NCBI GenBank assembly: GCA_964016885.1
Contig: OZ024746.1
Coordinates: 45,508,001-45,572,000, forward strand
Direction of reading: 5' to 3'
Length of the DNA stretch: 64,000 bases
From: Eledone cirrhosa
Lineage: Eukaryota
The first letter of the stretch is position 1. Each line of letters begins with the position of its first letter. The translations under genes and the position numbers were made by a program. Positions 12,760 through 24,749 of the stretch are shown one piece after another. The notes under the pieces are model-generated. The model was given only the letters and a program-made list of their open reading frames with translations. It made no database searches and was not told the origin of the DNA.

Positions 12760-13432
12760 AACTTTACTATAGAATTCTTTCCTAATTTTCTCTTTCATTC
12801 CCTTACATTGTATTTTAAGTGCTTCTTCAATTCCTAAGTATTTGTATGCATTATTGTGATCCAAGTCTTCAATTTCAGTGTCTATGTGCAATGTAACATT
12901 CTCAGTTCTAGTTAATTTGCCTTATTTGGCTTTGTCATATTTGTCTAATCCAATACCCATCCTTATGCCTTTGTTGAAGCTTTGGACACATTTTAGGAGA
13001 TTCACTAGTTCAGTGTTATTCTTCGTAAATAATTAATTTTAAGTCATACATATATCAAGTAATGATTTATATTTAATCCATAGCATATAAACCCCAGGTT
13101 TCATTGATCAAGTTTGTTAGTGGGGTCAGTGCATGACAAAAAATAGGTGGGATAATGAATCACCTTCCAATTTAAGGGTGAAGTATTCGTTTTAATGGAT
13201 TTTTATTCCTATTTTTCAGAGTTTTGTAAAGTTTCCATTTTTCCATGGCATGACTAGTGTATTTGAGCAGTGTTGGGGTTATTTTATTAATGTGGATTGA
13301 CTCCAGTATCCATGAGTGTGTAATGTTGTCAAAAGTCTTTGGTACTCAATCCAGACCATGCTGAGGTTTGTTTTCCACTTTTTACAATCTTCTATAATGG
13401 CCAACTTCACCAACAGCTGATCTTTGCAATCA
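12760..13432 (-). mobile_element. R4/Dong-clade LINE RT fragment
   Basis: CKDQLLVKLAIIEDCKKWKTNLSMVWIEYQ (RT domains 2a/3), a GDSLS-like domain 4 (~13165) and YKYLG (~12840). Confidence 0.8.
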
Positions 13433-14250
13433 TACGTCTCTTTCTGGCACAATTTTTGCAAAGCTCTAATACCACTTACAATCAAACTTGACAGAACAGT
13501 GTACTGTTATAAAATTGGTAACATAAAAATAAGCCATCTGTTCTATATGGATGACTTAAAATTATATGGCAAAGACAATGATGAGCTTGTAGGTCTATTA
13601 TGTAGTGTAAAAGCATTCCGTGATGATATCAGGATGGAGTTCGAGCTGGCTTGATAACTGTGCCAATGCCACTTTCAAGAAAGGAAAGTTGATAAACTCA
13701 AATTAAATCAAATTAGATGTTGAAACATTTATAGAAGAACTTGAGCAGGAACAAAACTATAAATACCTAGGAATAAAGGAAAGTTCTGGCATTCAACATG
13801 CAAGCAGGAAAAAGAAGATAAGCAAAGTACATTGTAGGAGATTTACACTCACAAAATTTCAGCATGCTTTCTCCAATCGTCCCAGTCAGGCATGACATTT
13901 CTCAGTTCGTTGATGTTATCAATGTTGGCATCTCTCTGCAGGGTATCAATGAATGAGACAGCTTGTCTTCCCATGCTTCTTCGTCCAACCACTGGTTTCC
14001 AGAGCACAAGTTGTGATGCTGTCTCTTCTGGATGACAGGTGCAATGCCCAGCCAGTTTCATTCGTTGGCAAGCAACTTTTTTTGAGACTGGTATGAAATA
14101 AAGAAAACTGACAAAAGAATTCACAAGTTCCTGACTTGTAATAATTTGCACCAGTCAAAAGCAAATGTGGATTATCTTTACCCTCCCAAAACTCAATGTG
14201 ACTGCGGCTGTATCCAGTCTGCACTTTCTTACAAAATAACCAAAATTAGA
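13433..14250 (+). mobile_element. Second R4/Dong-clade RT fragment in the opposite orientation, interrupted by another LINE piece
   Basis: FCKALIPL..ISHLFYMDDLKLY..IRMEF and YKYLGI; it resumes after 14080 with HQSKANVDYLY (cf. HPKADVDRLY). Confidence 0.85.
13850..14080 (-). mobile_element. RTE/RTEX-like LINE C-terminal fragment
   Basis: RMKLAGHCTCHPEETASQLVLWKPVVGRRSMGRQAVSFIDTLQRD..DWDDWR, a typical RTE-group post-RT C-terminus. Confidence 0.75.
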
Positions 14251-14317
14251 GTGTGGAGCTCCTCTAATGAATATCAAGCAACACTTTCTTGTTGCCTTGT
14301 TATTACATTTGTTGTTA

Positions 14318-14478
14318 GGGCGGAGGTGGTGAGAACAGACCTCAGATCATTGAAGCTCACGGTGGAGATGACGAGGGACCGTGACGAGTGGAGAGATGCT
14401 GTGCTGAATAAGACCCGTCCCACCCTTGCAAGCAGGGAAAAGCGGACGTAAAATGATGATGATGATGATGATGATGAT
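14318..14478 (+). mobile_element. Short 3' end of an RTE LINE with (GAT)n tail
   Basis: EVVRTDLRSLKLTVEMTRDRDEWRDAVLNKTRPT followed by aagcggacgtaaaatgatgatgat. Confidence 0.85.
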
Positions 14479-14495
14479 TATTATTGTTAATGTTA

Positions 14496-14705
14496 GGGCA
14501 GCAGGTTGGCAGTATCGGTAGAGCACCTGACAACATGCTTTGCAGCATAGAGTTACAGCCCTTTCCATTCTGAGTTCAAATCCTGCCGGAGTTAGCTTTG
14601 CCTTTCATCCTTCTGGGGTCGATAATAAAATAAAGCACCAGAAAATACTGAGGTCGACTTTTCTCTCCCTTTCAAATTGCTGGCCTTGTGCCTAAAGTAG
14701 AAACT
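14496..14705 (+). mobile_element. tRNA-derived SINE, family A
   Basis: tggcagtatcggtagagc head, gagttcaaatcc, gcctttcatccttctggggtcgataa and tail ggccttgtgcctaaagtagaaac. Confidence 0.9.
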
Positions 14706-14914
14706 ATTGTTGTTGTCATTGTTATTTTTCTTCTTGACATTTACACATTTATCAGGCAGATCTAGAATCAATGTGAATTTTATGACCATCTTTTTCCAAA
14801 CGTTGTCACTCTAGGACTACATTAACAAAGGTCTTTTGGGGTAGCGGTAGGGTTTTAATTCAGGTGTGATTTGCTAGAAATTTAATTCTCATTTCTCATA
14901 TGCTTTAGACTCCT

Positions 14915-15870
14915 CCAGTTGCTGTTGTTGTTATCTATGATTTTGCTGCTATGGTTGTCATTACTACTGTTGATATTATTACTGCAACTGTTGCTATTGT
15001 TGCTTGCTGTTGTTGTTCTAGCAGTTACTGTTGTTATTGTTGTTCTTCTTCTTCCATAAGCTGTCATTTTTCATGCTGATCTTCATATTTTTCTGACATT
15101 ACTCCCAACTTTATTGTTTCTGTTGTTATTGTTGTTGTTATTGTTGCTACTGTTGCAATAGTTGTTCATATTATTACTGTAGCTAATGCTACTACTATTA
15201 CTGTTGTTTCTGTTGTTATTGTAGTTGTTGCTGCTGCTGCTACTTTCATTGCTTTTGTTAGTGTTACTGTTTTGCTCTTCTTATAGTGGATATTGTTATG
15301 ATAGTTGTTACAGTTGTTGCAGTTGTTGATATTATTTGTGTTGCTTTTGTTGGCACTGTTGTTGTTGCTGTTCAAGTTGTATATACTGTCATATTTCTTT
15401 CTGTTCTTCATATTTTTATACTACTGCTTTCACAATTGCTCTTGTTGGTTATTGTTGATACTATTGTTAGTGGTGCTGCTGTGGTTATTGTTGTTATCAC
15501 TGTACAAGCTGTCATGTTTTTTAATGATTTCAATATTTTTCATGCCTCCGTTTTTCTTATTATTTTTGTTCCTACTGTTGTTGTTCTTTTTTTTTTTTTG
15601 TTATTCCTGATATTGTAGGTGTTCTCAATGTAGTTATTATTGCTGATATTGTTGCTGTTATTGTTGTTATTGTTGTATAATATTTCATATTCTTCTTGTT
15701 GATTTTGATATTTTCTTCTATTTCTCCCTTGTTCTGTCATTGCTGTTGCTGTTGTTATTGTTACTTTCTTTATTATTTGCCATGTTATTTTTATTTGTTA
15801 TCAGATGAAGAATCTGTTACCATATTACATTGTTTTCATTGTTTTTGTTATTGTTTTTGTTAACCATTTT
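14915..15870. repeat. Long degenerate (GTT/ATT/GCT)n low-complexity region
   Basis: Direct reading. Confidence 0.85.
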
Positions 15871-16517
15871 GTTGCTGGCTATTCATATACTTGCTCTTTA
15901 GGACACATTAGTGATTTTCTTCTTTGCTTACTTGTTTGTTTGTTTTTGTTTGTTGGGGTTCTTTTTTTACCATGGTCGCTAATGTTGTAAATGATGAATC
16001 CTCTATTGGTTTCGAAGGATGAGCATATATTCAGTTGTTTCATAAACTGAACTACATATTCTTTAAGTGTTTCAGTATTCTACAGACACATGTACTTGTA
16101 ATATAATTCCCTGACAGAATCAGCATGACATAATGTTTGACAAATCCGGACCATTGAATTACAAATACAATCCATTTGGGAGGTTTCCACACAGTTTCTG
16201 CTCAACTAATATTACTCACAAGGCTTTTATCAAGTAACTAGTGGCTATGGTAAAATACATTTTCTTCAAATACCATACCGTACAATTGAAACTAGGTCCT
16301 TATGATTATGAAGCCAACTTCTAAATCACTCGGTTATGCCTAATGTTCTTTCAGGAATGGTAATTATATTATCATTGTTGATGTTTTTATAACTATAATT
16401 ATCATCACTGTGTATCTAATTAAGTGGGTGGCATAATTGGTAGAGCATCACAAACAATTTCTTGTAACTTTTATTTACATTTCGTTACCTTGTGAATTAA
16501 AATATCAAGGAAACAAA

Positions 16518-16716
16518 TACTGTATAGGACACGTTTTTTTTCCAAAATTTGACCCTCAAAATCACTGTGTGTCTAAATAGTCTCTACTTTTTAATTATAA
16601 AATGTTTACATATGGTAATTACCCCACACCTGACCTTCACCCTATAAGACACACAAGGATTTTGAGGGTAAAATTTTTGAAAAAATAGCATGCCCTATAT
16701 TCTGAAAAATATGGTA
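16518..16716. mobile_element. Tc1/pogo-type MITE
   Basis: Long imperfect inverted ends (tataggacacgttttttttccaaaatttgaccctcaaaatc / gattttgagggtaaaatttttgaaaaaatagcatgccctata); ends in aaaatatggta. Confidence 0.7.
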
Positions 16717-17629
16717 AATCAACATACAGAATATCTGACCTTGTGCTTAAATTTGAAATCATTATTATGAAATACCGTATCCAAAGGATTATGAGAGCAT
16801 TTTATTAATGACACTCACCTCTGAGTTATTGATGGGCTTTTAGGGGAACAATCCTCTTAAGTACCTGGATGTGAACTTGGTGGAAGCAAAAATAGGCCTT
16901 GAACAAAATCAGCTGAAAGTTTCACAATAATGAAAGCGTAAGTTAAATATCTTTGTTTTCATTTTTATATATATTTCTAACTCTAAACAAGGGTTAGGAG
17001 GACACTTTAGGAGGACTCCCTAGTGCTTGTGATCTACATAGTAAACTCACCAAGTACACACTGTAAAGTGGTTGGTGATAGGAAGTGTATGCAGCCATTG
17101 AAGGCTGTCCAGAAGAAGTGTTGGGAGGTCCCTTCAGTTGTGTCGAAAACATGACATCTCTTGAGTAGAACATGACTCTACATAAACAACATCTAGATTC
17201 CATCCTAATGTCAACCATGTTGCAATGTGAACTGGGTACTTTTTATTGTAGCACCAAAATGAGCCTCTACTAGGGTAGACAGTGCTTTTTTCACAAGTTA
17301 CCAGCACTACCAACTTACAGGGTGGACTGGATGCATTTTTGATCACCATAAAGCTATATCAGTGACTCAAAAGTCTAGAGTTTCATGCTCACAAACACAT
17401 GTCAAACTGAATAAATACAGAGAGTGGTGCTAGTCATATAGGGAATCAAATTTGAAAGAGGGAAAAAGTGAAAAAGCTCACTAATCATAGACACACACAT
17501 ACATCTATACTCATCAGTGGTTAGAGAAGTGTGGGGGTAGTTGTGTAGAAAATAATAATTAGATAGATACAAAATAGGAAAGAAATTATTAATGGCGATG
17601 GCATTGATGATGGTAGACTGATAATTATA

Positions 17630-17895
17630 ATGATGATGGACAGTGGTGGTTGGGGATCTAGGGCGTTGTAATGGTGGTAGTATTGGTGGTGGTGGTTGGG
17701 GTGGTGTTGGTGGTTATGATGGTTTGGTGGAGGTGGTAATGGTAGTGGTGGTTGGGGTGGAGGTGGTAGTGGGTGAGGTTGTGTAGTTGGGTGGTGGTGG
17801 TGGAGATGGTTGTGGCGGTGGTTGTGTTTGTGGTACCTGGTGGTGGTCTAGGTGGTTATGATGATTGTGGTTGTAGTTGTGATTATGATAATCCT
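17630..17895. repeat. Degenerate (GGT)n tract
   Basis: Direct reading. Confidence 0.9.
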
Positions 17896-19229
17896 GGTAG
17901 AAGAATATGAGTGAAGATTACACATTCCTGCCATACATGTTAAATATTATCACATGCACATACAAACATATGTGCATACATATACAAAAAATATATGTGC
18001 ATTATCCATTAATATATTATATATTCCTTGGAACAATGTATTTTATGTATTTTTATTATATGGAACATATACATGGACCTAAGAACCATACAATGATGCA
18101 TATGGGAAGACAAATATCAACAGTATCTTCATAATCATAACCATCATCATCATCAACATCACCATCACTGCTATTTACTTGCTGGACATTAACCAATATA
18201 TAACTTGACCAACTTTACCATTCCTTTACACAGAATTATATATCAACCAACACAATCTTCACCACTACCATTATCATTCCACCGCTTTACAGCCATATGC
18301 GTTATGTTTTACCACCACTTACCTTCTCACCATCAAAATCATCATCATCATCATCATCTTTGCCACTGCATTTATTAATTTTTTTGTTTATTTGATTTTT
18401 TTTCCCCTCTACTATCATCATCATCACTGCTGTGACTTCCACCATCATCATCTCTTTCCTGTTGACTTGTGATTTTCTATCTAGTTATTTTCTACAGCTC
18501 TACCATTCTCTCTCTAAAACGCTGCTGAATATTTGTGTCTATGCATATGCCTATGTCTATATGTGTGTGAAAAAGCATCTCTGCTTTTTCAGTTATATAA
18601 GTGTCAATAAGGATGAAACTTTATGTCCTTGAGTCACTATTGTAGTTTCAAAGCTATAATAATGTATACATTACATTTCTCATGCATAAAGTTTTGTTTC
18701 TTACATTTGAAAAACCAAGCCTATACTATCATCATTTAAAATCCACTCCCCTTGCTAGCATGGGTTGAATGGCTTGTCATGCTCCAAAGTTAGACAGATC
18801 ACAGTAACCAAATCTTGCTGATTTGTTTCATATTTTGGCGTGTTTCTATGGGTGGATACCCTTTCTTTTTCCAATTTTCCAGAGTATACTGAGTGCTTTT
18901 TATTGTTGAACCAATATTAACATTTTACAAAATGTACTGAGAGAATTTTGTCATGGCACCAACACTGGATATGTTGTCATGTCCATATTGTTTCAGTTTG
19001 GTCAGGAACAACTTTACTTTTATATATATTAATCATTTGTTTGTGCAATTTAAAAAAATATACTTAATACATCTTACTGAAATGTATTTTGTGCCATTTC
19101 TTATTTTCGTATAACTTTGTAAAAACATTATACATATTTGTAACACATTGTATATTTGAATATGCGGTCCTGGTGGCAAAATAAAAGAAATCATTATTAT
19201 ATTTATGAGAAGCAAATTCAACCTCGTTC

Positions 19230-19780
19230 TGTATCAAAAAATAGCAGAGGCTGATTTTACATTTCATCATTCCAAGATAAATAAGATAAAATCCACTCAA
19301 GTACTAAAGTTAATTTAATCAATTGTCTGCACCCCGAGATATTTTTGGTCTTCTGCCAATGTAGAGGCTATTGTTATTATTTGACAGAATTGGGAGAATG
19401 TCAGACAAAAAACTGTCTTGCTGTATTCAGTTGTGTCCCTTTACTTTTTTGAGTTCAATTCCTGTCAAAATCAATATTGCCATTCAGCCTTCCATGGTTG
19501 CTAAAATAGAATACCAATCAAATACTGACTTTAGTATTTGAGGCTTTGCACAGATGTTAATAGTGAAATACATTATATTGTTATCAATGTGGAGCATTGG
19601 CAGAGAATTAGAGTGTTAAACAATATACCTCCTAGTATTCAATGACGGTTGAGGAGAACTTTACCTTTCATTCTTCAAGGATTGATAGAATAAAGTACCA
19701 GTAAAGTAATATAGTTGATATTATTGATTTGCACATAACCAAAAGTTTCTGGCCCTCAAGCCAATGTTAGAAACATCCTC
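19230..19780. mobile_element. Cluster of decayed family-A SINE fragments
   Basis: Repeated ttcatc/attc..gataaa/gaataaagtacca motifs and gagttcaattcc B-box remnants. Confidence 0.55.
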
Positions 19781-20239
19781 AACAACAACTACTGATGATA
19801 ATGACGATGATGATAATACTGCTTTGGCTGTTCTTGTTCTTTTTAATCCAACCATTCTACTATTGCTGTTATTAGTATTATATACTTTTTTTTTCTGTTT
19901 TTGTTTTTGTTTTTGCTAATATTTTTATTGCTCCTTTATGTTGTTTACAACCAAAATCTGTTTCCTTCTGACTTTCTTTCTCTTTTCCCCTTTTTCTTTG
20001 TTTCTCTCTTTTTTATCTTACACTTCTCTTCCCTCTGTTTATTTCAAATTCTTCTCCTTTCTATCACTTTTCTTCTTCTGTATGTCTCCCTCTCATCCTC
20101 ATTGTCTTTCCTCCTTCTTTGTATGTCTCCCACTCTTTTATGCCTTACTCTTATCCAGTTTGTTATTTTCCTTAAGTGTACATTTTGAAAACATTTTAGA
20201 CAAAAAGCAAGATATGTGGTGAGAGGACTTTTCAGTTGA

Positions 20240-20612
20240 ATGAAGGACCTAACAATCCCTCTAGTGCATGTGCCATGATATAATGCACCAAGTACACTCT
20301 GTAAAGTATTTGGCGTTAGGAAGAGCATCCAGCCATAGAACCCATGCCCAACAACGGTCAAGAGCACTCTTCGATAGTGACAGAGACATGGCAACTTCTC
20401 AAGCACTAGTGTCATGATAAAATGTACCTAGTACACTCTGCAAAGTCCTTGTTGTTAGGAATGATATCTAGCCAAAGAAACCATACTAATACTGGAAAGT
20501 ATGTAAGTGAACATGGATCCCAGGACTATCAAGGAGGATAGTAACTGACTTGGTCAATAACAACTTGTTCAACCCACTGAAAACTGGTCATAAAATGATG
20601 ATGATGATGACA
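20240..20612 (+). mobile_element. RTE 3'-UTR-related non-autonomous repeat with internal duplication
   Basis: Two copies of gcacc.agtacactctg.aaagt..ttg.cgttaggaa..gcatccagcca.agaaacca and a (GAT)n tail; homologous to 5830-6040. Similar pieces occur at ~18730-18990, 23288-23425, 26270-26420, 34870-35190 and 57900-58600. Confidence 0.65.
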
Positions 20613-22189
20613 AAGATCCTCAAATGTTTTTCATTTTATTCACAATAAAAACTGATTAAATTAATAACCGTATAAGATAAATTAATAATCGTATAATTAT
20701 TGTCTTGCAATATTATGGGTTTCTGAGAGCCCAGTAGATTTAGTGCTATAGGCTTCAATTCTATCCAGGGTTGTTCATATTATATGTTTTTGCTACTGTT
20801 ATTGTTTAACCTCAGGTCAACTCTGAGCAAGCAGATCTATGATCATAGGTATTCCAGTTGTGATCATCTTGTCTCTTTTATCTGTGCAGGGAACCCAGAA
20901 GCATATTAACCAACTTGTTAATTTTTAAGTTGCTAGGGGTTGATTTGAAGGGGATTTGACTCCTTTTTCTTGCAGGTTAAGCAATTATGAAGTGGCTCCC
21001 TCATTGGCTCATATTTTATTTGTGTCATGTGAAGGTGGCATGCAGTTTGCATTTTTGTGTGTGTTTATAGATATTTGTCATTTTATTGCAATGTTAGATA
21101 GAGTGCATGCTGAAAGCTTTATAAGGATGTTTCAATCTTCAATGGATATTTCAATAACCAGAGTACACTTTAGGAAAGTTAATATAAATGGCCAGCTATT
21201 CCTCATACATCATTTCCTTCCATTCCTCTTTTCAAGCCACAATGCTGGTGTATAAGTCAAAGCAGTTTGAACATTTTATTGCATCAGATATTTCCTGGAC
21301 GCAACTGCCGAGTTTGTTTTGGGGGTTTTCAGTGGAGGAGGTTACATACACATGTTTTTGCAGGTCCTCCCAGAAAGGTGAAATTAATACAATTAGAGCT
21401 TACTTACACTGAAAATCTGCAAGTTAATACCTTAAAGAAAAATATAAGTAATGAGGGAAGTATAGGTTGGGTTTCAATGCCTGCAACTAAATTATCAGTG
21501 CTGAAGTTAAATGTCCTCAAGTAACAAGGTTTAAAATAGGTTGTTGCATTAAGTATAAATCTTACCCTATAATTGAAACCCGAACCTGTATCCAAATACA
21601 GTGTGGTCTTCTGAAATGATTGGGTAGTCTGGTCTGAAACTAAATATGAGAAAAGCTTTTCTACACCCACAAGAAGAGCTAAATTGAACACTGTAATTTA
21701 ATAAATAAGCTGCCAATTTCATAATGCTGATGCTGCTTAGAAGTTGTCTCCACTATGCAGTACTTATTTACATCTAAGCAGATTAAACTGTGTGAGATAA
21801 ACATCTCGAACATAGACACAACACAGTGCTGATGACAAGACAGAAACTGTTGATGTCTCAGCTGGTTGTTTGGTACCCAATGGACTTAACAATCTATACT
21901 CCCTTGCTGAAACAAACAATATATTTATTTAACTTGCATAGATTGAAATATTTATTATGGCAACTGTTGGTCTTGTGAGATCATCGATCTGTACTGGGAA
22001 ACTCTTACTTCAATGTTGTTGGTAAATCAGTATCGTCTATCTCTATAGATCTATACTGGTCCACATGGGAATGACAGTCCTGGCTGTACATCACTGTTAT
22101 TAAAGGCAGTGTTTACTAGTGTTGCCCTGAAACTCATATTTTTCTTATCTATTTATAATTGTATTATTACTTTTTTTTTTACTTTTGTG

Positions 22190-22620
22190 CAGCAGCAACT
22201 CAAAGCCTCTCCTTTCCTCTTTTAAACACTGCCTAGTTTTAGCTTCCATTCAAAGGGATCTCCTGCAGTATTTTCATACTTCTCAATGTTCTTCTTCCTG
22301 GACTTAATGTCTCTCTTGCAGACATATTTGAAGTGAGATTGGGGTCACAATTGTGATCTTTTTTTTGGAAGCTAACTGCCTACACAGCTGTCCTTTTAGG
22401 ATCCTTTTATTTGACATGTGGTGTATGGGATGAAGCCAGTATTCATTGTCATTGTTGATGCAGATTTATGACACTGGGTATCTGGGTGCATGCATTTCCA
22501 GTACCATTTTCTTCTATGTATTGTGCTATTTTAAAATGTTCCAGTTCATTTGTTATTACTGGGGTTATGTGCATTTTCAAACCCCCAACGTTTTTAATGT
22601 TTCTTCCTTGTCTAAGTTAG
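22190..22620 (-). mobile_element. Degenerate RTE-BovB-like LINE C-terminal fragment
   Basis: Minus strand WLHPIHHMSNKRILKGQLCRQLASKKRSQL*PQSHFKYVCKRDIK (cf. WLGHVxRMxDxRIPKxLLYGELxxGxRxxGRPxLRFKDVCKRD). Confidence 0.7.
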
Positions 22621-22635
22621 TTCTGTAAATATATA

Positions 22636-23275
22636 TGGAATAGAATGAAACGAAATTTCATTTCTCACTCTTAGTATGGCACTTACTTAAATGTAAGTAT
22701 GTATGTATACGTACATACATATATGTATACAGACGTTCAGTAGTATGTATATATACATACATGCACACATATATATATGCACGTATCGGTTTACCGAACA
22801 TTTATTATAATACTTGGTTTGTTTGTTTGTAAACAAACAAACACCCCAAATTACGCCGTACAGTGTTTAGGCAACCACGTCACCTTTTTGTTCAACACTG
22901 ACACAGGAACGATGTACTAGTTTCAAGCTTATTAGCTATCGTCAGCATCGTATACCTTCCTGCCAGATGGTTGAACGTCTGAAAGTATAAACTTTCCTTA
23001 TTCATATTAACGGCTGAGCAGCCTAATTTGCATATCGAGTGAGTTCAGTCGGCCGGGCGCACCGAAAACGATAAATGGAATAGAATGAAACGAAATTTTA
23101 TTTCTCACTCTTAGTATGGCACTTACTTAAATGTAAGTATGTATGTATACGTACATACATATATGTATACAGACGTACAGTAGTATGTATATATATACAT
23201 ACATGCACACATATATACATGCATGTATCGGTTTACCGAACATTTATTATAATGCTCGGTTTGTTTGTTTGTAAA
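22636..23275 (-). mobile_element. Small non-coding element: ~200-bp direct repeats at a 440-bp period enclosing a hammerhead (retrozyme / Penelope-like partial tandem)
   Basis: 22636-22833 is ~95% identical by eye to 23076-23275. The unique middle is CpG-richer and contains the hammerhead. Both flanks read tgtaaatata. Confidence 0.8.
22909..22951 (-). ncRNA. Minimal type I hammerhead ribozyme
   Basis: Minus strand ACGATG-CTGACGA-T-AGCT-aata-AGCT-T-GAAA-CTAG-TA-CATCGT: perfect 6-bp stem I, CUGANGA and GAAA core, 4-bp stem II, palindromic mini stem III (ACUAGU), GUA cleavage triplet. Confidence 0.8.
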
Positions 23276-23439
23276 TATACATATATATCATCACCATCAT
23301 CATTACCATTTTACGTCCATTCTTCCATGCTAGCATGGGTTAGACATATGGTCCTGTTGTGGGCAATGCTAGGTCAGGTGACCATGTCTTGCTCATACAG
23401 AACTGATTTGGCCTGGTTTCTACTTTGACAGTGTTGGCA

Positions 23440-24178
23440 GGGGCAGTGAATTAGTAGAATCATTAGAGTGGTGGATACATAGACTTTCTGGATGTATGTG
23501 CTCTGAGGTCAAATCTCATTATGATTATCTTTGGAGGCTGATAAATAAATCAACAGTTCAGGCTAGTGGATTGTTTGGAGTGTATGATCATCAGACAGAA
23601 TAGCTTGCAGTATTTGTTCTGGTTCAGTGAATCCAGAGTTCAAATCTTGCCTTCTATCACCAGAAAAAGAATGATAAAATAGAATTAGTGTCCCTATCAT
23701 AAAAATGCCCAATAAACTTCCTATGTGATGTACATTCATAGGCTGCTGGCTAAACCTGTTATTTTGTGTGTGTTGTGAGGCTTTTGGCAGTTATTGGTAG
23801 AGCATCGGACAACAGGCTTTGCAGCATAAAGTTATGGCCCTTTATGTTCTGATTTCAAATTCTGCTGAGGTTAGCTTTGCCTTTCATCCTGACAAGGTTG
23901 ATAAAATAAAGTACCAGTAATTCACTGGGGTCAATTTATTTGACTTTCTCCTCTCCCCAAATTGATAGACATATGCCTATATCAGGAACCAGTGGATTGG
24001 CAGTATCAGTAGAGGGTCGGACGCCATGCTTTCCAGCATAGTTACGTCCCTTTACGATCTGAGTTCAAATCCCGCCGAGGTTGACTTTGCCTTTCATCCT
24101 TACGGGGTCGATAAAATAAAGTACCAGTAATGCACTGGGTATTTGCTGGCCTTGTGCCTAAAGTAGAAACAATTATTA
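23440..24178 (+). mobile_element. Head-to-tail array of family-A SINEs (two decayed, two clear at ~23780-23990 and 23991-24178)
   Basis: Repeated head, B-box and ctttcatcct..gataaaataaagtaccagtaa modules, all in the same orientation. Confidence 0.85.
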
Positions 24179-24749
24179 TGCTTTAGTGATGGAGATATGA
24201 GAAATAAGATAGTTGTTCCTTTTCTAAAGTGAATTAAAATTGCTTCAGCTTTGAATTGAAACATTATACCAACATAATGAAAGCTATCTGTTGTTTATGA
24301 GGTTTTACATATTTTCCTTAATGCTATAATCATATGTATGTGTGTGTTCATGTATTATTGTGTTTATTAATTTATTTATTTTATCTGAACTTTAAAATAT
24401 TTAATGTGATTTGCTTAATGTATTAGAAAGATATACAATAGGTGTATATTTGGGATATATAATGTTCTGTGTTCTTTTAGATAATTTATAGATCATTATG
24501 AAAGAAATGGAGTTTGGATAAATGAAAGTGTTATAGGCTAATAAGTGATAAGAATATTTATAAACCTGAATTATTTGATTTTTTAAATTAAAATTTGTAT
24601 TTTCAAAATTCTTTATTTTAAAGAAGTAAAAAAGATTATCTAGAATATTCAGAAATATTTTTAATGATATACATGTTATAATTCCTGTTATTAGTTAATT
24701 AAATTTTGGTTACAAAGATTTAGAAAATTTTTATGAATCTACATATTGC

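Noticed and set aside
22636-23275. Classical LTR retrotransposon or TRIM interpretation
   Set aside because: The repeats do not show TG...CA on both ends, there is no canonical TGG primer-binding site or clear polypurine tract, and the internal hammerhead favours a retrozyme or Penelope-type element.
23991-24080. tRNA genes at the SINE heads
   Set aside because: A/B boxes are present but there is no cloverleaf, and they are always followed by a SINE body.
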